Shown here one piece after another: positions 1 through 7,805 of a DNA stretch of 28,346 nucleotides (position 1 is the first letter of the stretch; every line of letters starts with the position of its first letter). This stretch comes from Calditrichia bacterium. GTDB taxonomy: Bacteria > Calditrichota > Calditrichia > RBG-13-44-9 > J075. The stretch is from contig JBOEGD010000013.1 of assembly GCA_050633245.1 (NCBI GenBank), positions 1 through 28,346 on the forward strand, in the 5' to 3' direction. The notes under the pieces were generated by a model. That model was not told the origin of the DNA. It did not search any database and was given only the letters and a program-made list of their open reading frames with translations. The position numbers were made by a program, and so were the translations under genes.

Positions 1-24
1 GCCTTACTGCCTTACTGCCTTAGT
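1..24. repeat. 8-bp tandem repeat GCCTTACT x2 + GCCTTAGT, spanning the epimerase stop codon
   Basis: Units at 1-8, 9-16 and 17-24 read directly; may continue beyond the window edge. Confidence 0.6.
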
Positions 25-1022
25 CCAATACCCGGTTCGTCATTCAACACCAATCTCCCCTCCTCAACTGTTACCCCACTAAATGGATCATCCGCAAGAA
101 GAAGATTGCCGTCTAAATCGGCCCAGTCCGCCAATGGCGACAAGGCTGCTGCCGCAGAGATAGCAACGGAAGATTCAACCATGCAGCCAAGCATGATCTT
201 CATATCGTAAAGCTTCGCCAGCTCTATCATTCGTTTTGCTTCCTGCAAGCCACCGGATTTCATCACCTTAATATTGATGCCATCAAATGCGTCAGCCAAA
301 AGTGGAATATCAGTGGTGCTCTTCACGCTCTCATCGGCTACAACGGGAATGTTGATACGCTTTCGCACAGCGGCCATTTCAGTTAGCATGTGCGATGGCA
401 TCGGTTGCTCAACAAACTCTATCCCCTGCCCTTCCAGCCAATTAATTTTTGCAACGCATTCGTCAACCGTTTTCCAAGCCTCGTTCGCATCCACGCGTAG
501 CGGGCGATCCGTTACACCACGAATCGCCTCGATAATCGCTTCGTCATTGTCGGTTCCCAGCTTTATCTTCAGCACCTTAAACTCCGAAGCCTCCTGGACC
601 CACTTAGCCATTATCTCAGGCGTGTCGATACCAATGGAATAGGTCGTCAGCGGTGCCTTTGTCTTGTCCAGACCCCAAAAGCGATAGAGTGTCGTGTTTA
701 ACGATTTGCATACCCAATCCATCAGTGCAATGTCAATTGCCGCCTTTGCAGCATTTTGACCACTCGGCAATTGACGAATAGACAAAACCAGATCGCGATA
801 ATTCCACCAGTCTGCTTTTTCCAATAACGGGCGTGCGGCCTCAATCATTTTCGTGCAGGACTCTGCGGTTTCATCATATCTGCTATTCGGAGCCGCTTCA
901 CCGATTCCAACAATACCATCACGCTCTAAACGCACAAATACATTATGCTTCTCGGTCGACGTGCTGCGAGAAATCGTCCAATGGTGCTTCAATGGTAGCG
1001 TTTTTATCTCATAAGACAGCAT
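12..1022 (-). CDS. ykfB: L-Ala-D/L-Glu dipeptide epimerase (enolase superfamily, YkfB/YcjG type)
   Basis: KIK catalytic motif, metal ligands DANE/EQP/DES, second Lys in INIKVMKSGG, DLDG motif, Arg in the 20s loop (TISRS); starts 1 nt after the stop of the YkfC-like gene; no signal peptide. Confidence 0.88.
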   Translation of the reverse strand: MLSYEIKTLPLKHHWTISRSTSTEKHNVFVRLERDGIVGIGEAAPNSRYDETAESCTKMIEAARPLLEKADWWNYRDLVLSIRQLPSGQNAAKAAIDIALMDWVCKSLNTTLYRFWGLDKTKAPLTTYSIGIDTPEIMAKWVQEASEFKVLKIKLGTDNDEAIIEAIRGVTDRPLRVDANEAWKTVDECVAKINWLEGQGIEFVEQPMPSHMLTEMAAVRKRINIPVVADESVKSTTDIPLLADAFDGINIKVMKSGGLQEAKRMIELAKLYDMKIMLGCMVESSVAISAAAALSPLADWADLDGNLLLADDPFSGVTVEEGRLVLNDEPGIGLRQ

Positions 1023-1023
1023 A

Positions 1024-2208
1024 TTAGATTCCCTGCTTTTTCTCGTGACGGTTCAGATCAGTAATATTTAACATGCGGCGTGCTTCATTATAGGTTCTGA
1101 AACGATAATCGTTATACAAATCATGCTGCTTATCCAGACTGTTAATTTGAACCGAAGTGGATGCGTGAATATAAAGTGAATTGCCAAGGTAGATTGCAAC
1201 ATGCGTTGTTTTGCCCGGGCGCGGCCCAAAAAAGATTAAATCTCCCTCCTTCAGGTTCTCAAAATTATCACCGGCATCAATAGGTTCCCCCTCGTTCACA
1301 ATTTGCGAGGCGTCACGTGGCAGCTCCAAGTTGTTGAGACGAAAAACCGTCTGCACAAATCCGGAACAGTCGAAGCCCTTCGAAGAGGTTCCACCCCACA
1401 GATATGGGATCCCCAGAAACTTTCGGGAATCTTTTACAATATTGTCGGGGAGAGCTTCAATTGCAGACAATTCCCTTGATGTAATTCCCAGACCGCGCAG
1501 TACGGTTCCGACACGTCCATCAGGAAGTTTTACAACAAATCCATCCTCGGTTGGATTCACCAGTTGCAGCCTTGCTCCCGGAACCAGATCGACGAGAATG
1601 CCTGGCTGCATTTTCTCATCAACCGGCATTACAACACCATAATTAGCAGTGCAAATAATCGCCGGTGCAGACTTCCACGCTGCAGCGCCGGCAGAGTCGG
1701 CGCGCACAACCGACGCACGAGTAATCCATCCTAAATAGTTGTCGCGGTTTTTGATATACAGCCACCCATTCTCTTCTTTATATAAGCGAACAACCGTTCC
1801 AAGGAGAGACTGATTGACCATCTCCGCCTGGTGTTTGGGGCCGCTTCGCATATTGGCTACGCTAACCCTTACAAGCCCATACGTTTTTTCTCCCAGTTCC
1901 GAATCAGGCAGCAACTTCACCTTATTGCGGAATTTGACTCCGGGATACGTGGCGCTCAATGAATCGATGAGTCTTTGCACATAATGTGCCTTAAATGACT
2001 CGCCTTTCACAACAAAGTCTGCTCCATACGCTGCAAGCTCAACAGCAAGACGATCCACACGTTTATCCGGAACAATGATTTTACTAACGCGTTTGGCATA
2101 TTCTTGCACGTTGTTTAGCGGTACATCCTGAGCAATTGCAATGCTGCAAAAAACAACGAGAATTGCAAAAAGCCCTGTTCTTGACAAGACGGAAAGTCTG
2201 TTCTTCAT
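1024..2208 (-). CDS. ykfC: SH3b + NlpC/P60 gamma-D-glutamyl-diamino acid endopeptidase (dipeptidyl-peptidase VI, YkfC-like), secreted
   Basis: PYLWGG..GFDCSGF (catalytic Cys), THVAIY and YIHAS His residues; SH3b-like VSVANMRSGP...GWI; Sec signal peptide ending AIA-Q; GGAG SD. Confidence 0.88.
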   Translation of the reverse strand: MKNRLSVLSRTGLFAILVVFCSIAIAQDVPLNNVQEYAKRVSKIIVPDKRVDRLAVELAAYGADFVVKGESFKAHYVQRLIDSLSATYPGVKFRNKVKLLPDSELGEKTYGLVRVSVANMRSGPKHQAEMVNQSLLGTVVRLYKEENGWLYIKNRDNYLGWITRASVVRADSAGAAAWKSAPAIICTANYGVVMPVDEKMQPGILVDLVPGARLQLVNPTEDGFVVKLPDGRVGTVLRGLGITSRELSAIEALPDNIVKDSRKFLGIPYLWGGTSSKGFDCSGFVQTVFRLNNLELPRDASQIVNEGEPIDAGDNFENLKEGDLIFFGPRPGKTTHVAIYLGNSLYIHASTSVQINSLDKQHDLYNDYRFRTYNEARRMLNITDLNRHEKKQGI

Positions 2209-2296
2209 CTGTGCTCCAATTCCATTTTCTATTCAAATAATAATGAGTATATTTTAAGCAATAAAAATCTTCTCTGAAACCACCAAAGGCAGCTTA

Positions 2297-3535
2297 ATGG
2301 CACTAAATTACATTTGGGTAGCATTCTTCGTCATCGCATTTATTGTCGGCCTCATCAAACTCATTTTCTTTGGAGACTACGAAGTTTTCTCTGCAATGTT
2401 AAAGTCTACTTTTGATATGTCGAAAACCGGATTCGAACTCTCAATCTACTTAACCGGGGCTATGGCGCTTTGGCTGGGTATTATGAAGATCGGTGAGGCC
2501 GGCGGTATTATCAAGAGTTTTTCAAGGCTGGTTGCCCCATTTTTTAAAAGACTCTTTCCGGAAATCCCCGAGGATCATCCCGCAATTGGCTCTATGATTA
2601 TGAATTTTTCTGCCAATATGTTGGGGCTGGATAATGCAGCAACACCCCTTGGCCTGAAAACGATGAAAGAGATGCAGGAAATAAATCCTGAAAAGGACAC
2701 TGCCTCCGACTCGCAAATCATGTTTTTAGTGCTTAATACATCAGGTTTATCGATTATTCCGCTGTCCATTTTAATCGACCGCTCTGTTCTAAAAGCAGCT
2801 AATCCCACAGACGTTTTTTTACCCATCATGCTGGCAACTTTTTTTAGCACACTGGTTGGCTTGCTAACGGTATCCATTTATCAACGGATCAATCTTTTCG
2901 ACCGGGTGATCATGAGTTACCTCGGTGGCGTAACAGCATTTATGGGCGCCGTCATGTGGTATTTCTCCAGCATTCCTCAGGAGCAAATTGCTCTCGTTTC
3001 AAGCATTGCCAGTAATCTGATTATTTTTACCGTAATCATCTCGTTTATTTGCGTCGCGTTTTACCGCAAAGTAAATGTCTATGAGACGTTTATTGAGGGT
3101 GCGAAAGAGGGTTTTGGGGTTGCGGTAATGATTATTCCCTATCTGGTTGCCATTTTAGTTGCCGTCGGTGTCTTTCGTGCATCGGGTGCTTTAACGTTGA
3201 TGATCTCAGGTATCGGCAATGCCATCGGCATGCTGGGCGTCAACACCGAATTTGTGGAGGCGCTGCCGACTGCCATGATGAAGCCACTTAGCGGAAGCGG
3301 CGCACGCGGCATGAATATGGAGATTATGCAAACCTTCGGCGTTGATTCCTTTGTTGGTCGACTATCCAGCATTTTTCGCGGTGCCACTGAAACGACCTTC
3401 TATATTATTGCGGTTTATTTCGGGTCGGTCAACATTCGCAAAACGCGCTATGCCGTTACCGCCGGGTTGATTGCCGACTTTGCAGGCATTATCGCCGGAC
3501 TGTTTATCGGCTATTTGTTTTTCTATGGGATTTAA
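2297..3535 (+). CDS. spmAB: Fused spore maturation protein A/B (nucleoside recognition Gate-domain membrane protein)
   Basis: SpmA motif ANMLGLDNAATPLGLK and SpmB motifs YETFIEGAKEG, KPLSGSGA, TETTFY..AVYFGSV; many TM segments. Confidence 0.88.
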   Translation: MALNYIWVAFFVIAFIVGLIKLIFFGDYEVFSAMLKSTFDMSKTGFELSIYLTGAMALWLGIMKIGEAGGIIKSFSRLVAPFFKRLFPEIPEDHPAIGSMIMNFSANMLGLDNAATPLGLKTMKEMQEINPEKDTASDSQIMFLVLNTSGLSIIPLSILIDRSVLKAANPTDVFLPIMLATFFSTLVGLLTVSIYQRINLFDRVIMSYLGGVTAFMGAVMWYFSSIPQEQIALVSSIASNLIIFTVIISFICVAFYRKVNVYETFIEGAKEGFGVAVMIIPYLVAILVAVGVFRASGALTLMISGIGNAIGMLGVNTEFVEALPTAMMKPLSGSGARGMNMEIMQTFGVDSFVGRLSSIFRGATETTFYIIAVYFGSVNIRKTRYAVTAGLIADFAGIIAGLFIGYLFFYGI

Positions 3536-3547
3536 AGCTATACATAT

Positions 3548-3597
3548 TGGAGCAGTTTTAAATCAGACTGGAGCAGTTTTGAAAACTGCTCCAGTCT
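3548..3597. repeat. Perfect 16-bp inverted repeat AGACTGGAGCAGTTTT-G-AAAACTGCTCCAGTCT (3565-3597) plus an extra 12-bp half copy TGGAGCAGTTTT (3548-3559); REP-like element or bidirectional terminator
   Basis: Read directly; lies between convergent spmAB and lysA; no clear U-tract on either side. Confidence 0.75.
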
Positions 3598-3604
3598 CGA
3601 TTGT

Positions 3605-4753
3605 CTACTCCGAATAAACGGCATGCGCAATATCCCGAAGGTTATAGCGTGAAGCCATCACTTCACCATAAGCCCCGGCAGTACGTAACGCTATCAGATC
3701 GCCGCGCTTCGTTTCAGGCATCTGAATGTTTCGGGCAAAGCAATCAGAAGATTCACAAATCGGTCCGACCACATCGTACTCATGTGAATCGGCCTCAGAA
3801 GAGATATTCTCAATGTGATGTGCAGCTTGATAAAGTGCCGGCCTTATAAGTTCGGTCATTCCAGCATCAAGCACCACAAACTGCTTTTTTAGGCCCTTTT
3901 TTACGTAGAGCACCCGACTAATCAAACTCCCGGATTGGGCGACAATTGAACGCCCCAGCTCGAAGTAAATATGCTGTCCATTCCGACGTTCCAAATGCTT
4001 TGCGAAAATATTGAAATAGGTAGTAAAATCTGCGATAGAGGCAGACTGTGGATTTTGATAGTCGACTCCTAATCCACCTCCGAGATTGATATGCTCCAGA
4101 ACGACGTCCTTTTCTGCAAACCAACGCTGTAACTCATTGGCTCGGTTTGCCAGCTTCTCGAAGACCGTCATATCTGTTACCTGCGAGCCGATATGCATGT
4201 GGATACCGATCAACTCTATGTGGGCCAGATTTTGCAACGCCTGATGAGCGCCGTCTAACATGGAAAGGTGAATACCAAATTTATTTTCTTCCTTACCAGT
4301 GGTGATGTATTTATGTGTTTTTGCATCGAGGTCAGGGTTAATACGCAGCGCAATTCTAGCGGTCTTGCCCATTTTGCCGGCCAGTTCGTTCAGCACATCC
4401 ATTTCGGCAATAGACTCGCAGTTGAAGCAATGAATGTCATTACTTAAAGCAATGTTCATTTCCTTGTCCGACTTTCCAACTCCGGCAAATACAATGTCTT
4501 TTGGCGTAAAGCCGATTTCCAGCGCACGCAGAATTTCATTTCCGCTTACGCAATCTGCACCGAGTCCGAAGCCGTGAATCATATTCAGAATTTTGGTGTT
4601 TACATTTGCCTTAAGAGCATAGTGGGTGTGAAAACCGTGAGGCTTCATTGCATCTACCAGCGCTTGAAGGGTCTTCTCTAGCACTTTCAGATCATAATAA
4701 TAAAACGGCGTTTCTATTTTCGAGAAGCGTTTCGTTTCCAACGATGAGAACAT
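3605..4753 (-). CDS. lysA: Diaminopimelate decarboxylase
   Basis: YALKAN (PLP Lys), RINP, KFG, HMHIGSQ, LGGG, GPICESSD, AGAYG..MAS.YN. Confidence 0.95.
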   Translation of the reverse strand: MFSSLETKRFSKIETPFYYYDLKVLEKTLQALVDAMKPHGFHTHYALKANVNTKILNMIHGFGLGADCVSGNEILRALEIGFTPKDIVFAGVGKSDKEMNIALSNDIHCFNCESIAEMDVLNELAGKMGKTARIALRINPDLDAKTHKYITTGKEENKFGIHLSMLDGAHQALQNLAHIELIGIHMHIGSQVTDMTVFEKLANRANELQRWFAEKDVVLEHINLGGGLGVDYQNPQSASIADFTTYFNIFAKHLERRNGQHIYFELGRSIVAQSGSLISRVLYVKKGLKKQFVVLDAGMTELIRPALYQAAHHIENISSEADSHEYDVVGPICESSDCFARNIQMPETKRGDLIALRTAGAYGEVMASRYNLRDIAHAVYSE

Positions 4754-4783
4754 ATATTTTCCGTATCAATTTTTATTAAACTT

Positions 4784-4846
4784 TAGTGGATAGTGGCTAG
4801 TAGTTTACGTCTTGCCTCATGCGTCCAACCTCTCTCCTCTTGCGTC
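4784..4846. repeat. Degenerate 7-bp periodic tandem tract (TAGTRGN x3, then NNNCSTC x6)
   Basis: TAGTGGA TAGTGGC TAGTAGT TTACGTC TTGCCTC ATGCGTC CAACCTC TCTCCTC TTGCGTC in one unbroken register between dacB and lysA. Confidence 0.65.
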
Positions 4847-4851
4847 TCCTG

Positions 4852-6342
4852 TTATTTCTCCGGCATCTTCCTGCTAAAGTCAGACATCAGCGCCCCTATC
4901 TTATCCTGCACGTTTCGGATCTTGCTTGCCCCCACAACAAAATGCTCCATAAGAATAGAAAACATCAGTTCCTCACCATCAGCGGTCGTCGTATATCCTG
5001 AGATAGAGCTGACACCGCGTAAGCTACCCGTTTTTGCTCTCAAATTGCCTTCTGCTGCACTATCGCGCATACGTCGACTCAGAGTGCCATCTTTTCCGGC
5101 AATTGGCAAAGAGGCCTTGAATTCAGCCTGGATACGCGTATCCGAATGCATTGCCTGCAATAGAGAAATCATTAGATCGGGCGTAATGGTATTATAGCGC
5201 GAGACACCCGAACCATCGGCCAGATAGTATGAGGTACTATCGACGCCAAGTTCATTTAAAAAGCGATAAATTTCCGAGATGCCATTTTGAGCCGTTCCGG
5301 GAGTTCCCCTTGCTTCCGCACCAACAATTTTTAGCAATAGTTCGGCGGACAGGTTATCGCTGACTTTATTTGTATTCACGATGGATGTCGCGAGTGTTTC
5401 CGAGGTATGCCTCACTAAAAGTCTTGCGCTGGTACCGGTTTTACCTTCAACAACTGTTCCGTCAACTACAATGCCCTCTTCAGCAAGAATTTCCTTCAGA
5501 AGTGTTCCAACATAAAGAGGTGCATCAATAACGTCTATCGTCCATGTTCGGGAGGAATGTGAGGCCGTGCGACCACCGCTGACATCAATAATATTTGCAG
5601 GCTTTTTCCAGCGACGCAACACTTCAAAACTATCAACTGCCGCACTATCACTTCCGAGAACAGTCTGCCCGGTATTGACAACCTGCATAAACGATGTATT
5701 TGGCTCAAGACGCGTTTTTAGCGGATCACCGACTTTTTCGCCCGGCTCCACAGTTAGCTCAACACAATTATCATTCACGTTCAAGGCACTAATTGGCGCC
5801 CAGTACCACGCAGACGCATCATCCCACATCCAGCCACGCCCCCAGAACAAATCATCCAGATAGGTAGCATCGCAAATAACGTCGCCGGATATACTGGTGA
5901 TTCCGGAAAGCCGAAGCTCTTTTGCCAGCTTACGAAGGTCTTCAGACAATAGGTCAGGATCACCTTTTCCACGGAGGTATAAATTGCCGTTGATTGCTTT
6001 TTCGCCTACGACAGAGGAATCTGCCAGGAGGTCTGTATGAAATGCAAAGGTAGGCCCTAAAACGGATAAGGCAGTGGCAGTGGTTAAGACCTTCATGTTT
6101 GATGCGGGATGAAACAGTTTATTATTATTGCGCTGATAAAGCGTTTGACCGGTTTTGAGCGAGACAATTTTGATACCGGCATTCGACTGACTCATTACTG
6201 AATCTGAAAGTATAGCATCGATTTGACTTCCCAAAATAGCAACCGGATCATCACCAGTCGGAGCCTGTAACTTTCCAGAGCTGCTACAGGCCGTAAGCAA
6301 GATCAAGAATAATACAGAAATACACAGTGTAAGACATTTCAT
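4852..6342 (-). CDS. dacB: D-alanyl-D-alanine carboxypeptidase/endopeptidase (PBP4, peptidase S13), lipoprotein
   Basis: PASNMK (SxxK), SDN (SxN), DGSGVSR, AKTGS (KTG). Start moved to ATG 6342 (MKCLTL...LTAC lipobox, GAGG SD) instead of the ORF-track start 6414, which overlaps the HAD gene. Confidence 0.93.
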   Translation of the reverse strand: MKCLTLCISVLFLILLTACSSSGKLQAPTGDDPVAILGSQIDAILSDSVMSQSNAGIKIVSLKTGQTLYQRNNNKLFHPASNMKVLTTATALSVLGPTFAFHTDLLADSSVVGEKAINGNLYLRGKGDPDLLSEDLRKLAKELRLSGITSISGDVICDATYLDDLFWGRGWMWDDASAWYWAPISALNVNDNCVELTVEPGEKVGDPLKTRLEPNTSFMQVVNTGQTVLGSDSAAVDSFEVLRRWKKPANIIDVSGGRTASHSSRTWTIDVIDAPLYVGTLLKEILAEEGIVVDGTVVEGKTGTSARLLVRHTSETLATSIVNTNKVSDNLSAELLLKIVGAEARGTPGTAQNGISEIYRFLNELGVDSTSYYLADGSGVSRYNTITPDLMISLLQAMHSDTRIQAEFKASLPIAGKDGTLSRRMRDSAAEGNLRAKTGSLRGVSSISGYTTTADGEELMFSILMEHFVVGASKIRNVQDKIGALMSDFSRKMPEK

Positions 6343-6344
6343 GT

Positions 6345-6986
6345 TTAACCTCGTTCTTTCACAAAGCGAAACCGATTCAGGTCGGTTAAAAGTTGTTGTG
6401 GCGATTGATACCAAATACTCGCCATACCGGCTGCTTTTGCTGAAGCAACGTTTTCCTTACTGTCGTCGATTAGCAAACAGTCTTCCGCTGCAGCATTAAG
6501 CTGATTGAAGATGTACTGATACGTCTGGGGATCCGGCTTGGCACATCCGGCGAGATGAGAAGCCATTGCCGGGTTAAATTCCTTCATAACAGGATAATCC
6601 CCAATTAAATAACTCCAGTGAATTGCCTGCGAATTAGAAAAGCACGATACGTTCACTTTGCCGCGAAGGTCATCGAGCAAACTTAGCGTTTCCGGTATTG
6701 GTTCACCGAGTTCTGAACAAAGAAAGTCGATTAGCTCCCGCTTGCTAATCTGATTATTAAATCGACGGAGGTATGCCTCCAGATAGGTATCAGCATCGAT
6801 TGTTCCTATGCGAAAACGCGCAGCTAAAGACTGGGCGTCACCATCAATGCGATACGTGGAAATAAGTTCATTGAGGTCTTCGACAGGTATCCCGAGTCGT
6901 TCTGCAAAGCGGCTCCGGACAACTCCATGGTTCAGACGAATAACCACTCCCCCGATATCAAATACCACATGAGATATTGGTATCAT
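6345..6986 (-). CDS. HAD-superfamily phosphatase (YihX-like, DxG motif I)
   Basis: FDIGGV motif I, FSNS motif II, KPDP motif III, LIDD motif IV; 1-nt TAATG overlap with the upstream esterase. Confidence 0.85.
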   Translation of the reverse strand: MIPISHVVFDIGGVVIRLNHGVVRSRFAERLGIPVEDLNELISTYRIDGDAQSLAARFRIGTIDADTYLEAYLRRFNNQISKRELIDFLCSELGEPIPETLSLLDDLRGKVNVSCFSNSQAIHWSYLIGDYPVMKEFNPAMASHLAGCAKPDPQTYQYIFNQLNAAAEDCLLIDDSKENVASAKAAGMASIWYQSPQQLLTDLNRFRFVKERG

Positions 6987-7789
6987 TACCAGCTTCCGTT
7001 GTCACTGAAATGAGTAAAGAAGAAAAACATCTGATAACGTACTGCATTGGACCAGTAATCCCAATCGTGCTTCCCCTCACGCTCAATATAGTCGTGTTTG
7101 ATTCCAAGTGAAGTAAGGCGAAAGTGGAGCTGTCGGTTGACTTCCAAAAAGAAATCCTCAACGCCACAGTCGATAATAAGAGCCACATCTTTGCCCTGGA
7201 ATGCAGTTGAGGCACTGATAGCGCTCCATTCTTCCCAGCGTTCAGGATGTTCTGAAAAAAGCCCCAATTTTTCATCCAGACTCCAGCGAGAGTCCTTATA
7301 AGGCAATAAATTTACACCGCCGCTCATACTTCCTGCAGCGCCAAAAACATCCGAATGTCTGGCTGCGAGAAATAAAGCGCCATGTCCACCCATGCTCAAT
7401 CCCGTTATCGCGCGGTACTTCGGGTCGCTTAACGTACGATACAACGAATCCACAGCCTGCACCGCCTCTTTCGCAACATGGGTTTCATAACGACTATCCT
7501 GGTCTACCGGGCTGTCGAAGTACCAGCTATCTTTGTCGCCATCGGGGCAAGCAATAATAATTTCATGCAAATCCGCAAGTGTCTCCACATCCGTCTTATC
7601 GATCCAGTTCCGATGATCTCCATCGTAGCCATGCAGTAAATAAACGACCGGAAACCGTCTTTCACCTGCAGCACAACTGCCTGGTAAGATAACTGAAAGG
7701 CCAATCTCGCGCTCCATCGCGGCACTTTTTATCTGATGAGATCGAACCTCCGCAGCAAAGAGTGTTGCAGAGAAGATATAGAGCACCAT
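6986..7789 (-). CDS. Alpha/beta-hydrolase esterase (tributyrin esterase / CE1-like), probably exported
   Basis: YLLHG, GLSMGG nucleophile elbow, DCG.ED Asp, GKHDWDYW His; hydrophobic N-terminus ending LFA-A; true start may lie slightly upstream (7822). Confidence 0.82.
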   Translation of the reverse strand: MVLYIFSATLFAAEVRSHQIKSAAMEREIGLSVILPGSCAAGERRFPVVYLLHGYDGDHRNWIDKTDVETLADLHEIIIACPDGDKDSWYFDSPVDQDSRYETHVAKEAVQAVDSLYRTLSDPKYRAITGLSMGGHGALFLAARHSDVFGAAGSMSGGVNLLPYKDSRWSLDEKLGLFSEHPERWEEWSAISASTAFQGKDVALIIDCGVEDFFLEVNRQLHFRLTSLGIKHDYIEREGKHDWDYWSNAVRYQMFFFFTHFSDNGSW

Positions 7790-7805
7790 GAAATGAATAG
7801 TTTGT

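Noticed and set aside
2297-3535. Evidence of sporulation
   Set aside because: SpmAB fusions are widespread in non-sporulating diderms; no other sporulation gene is present
3548-3597. CRISPR repeat or IS end
   Set aside because: Only 1.5 copies, no spacers, no cas or transposase genes in the window
4754-4851. Lysine riboswitch upstream of lysA
   Set aside because: The spacer is only 98 bp, too short for an L-box, and is occupied by the heptamer tract
6343-6414. N-terminal extensions in the ORF track for dacB (also murQ 11079, SSS 15297, namZ 22863)
   Set aside because: Downstream starts have better SD sites and/or correct lipoprotein signals and avoid long overlaps
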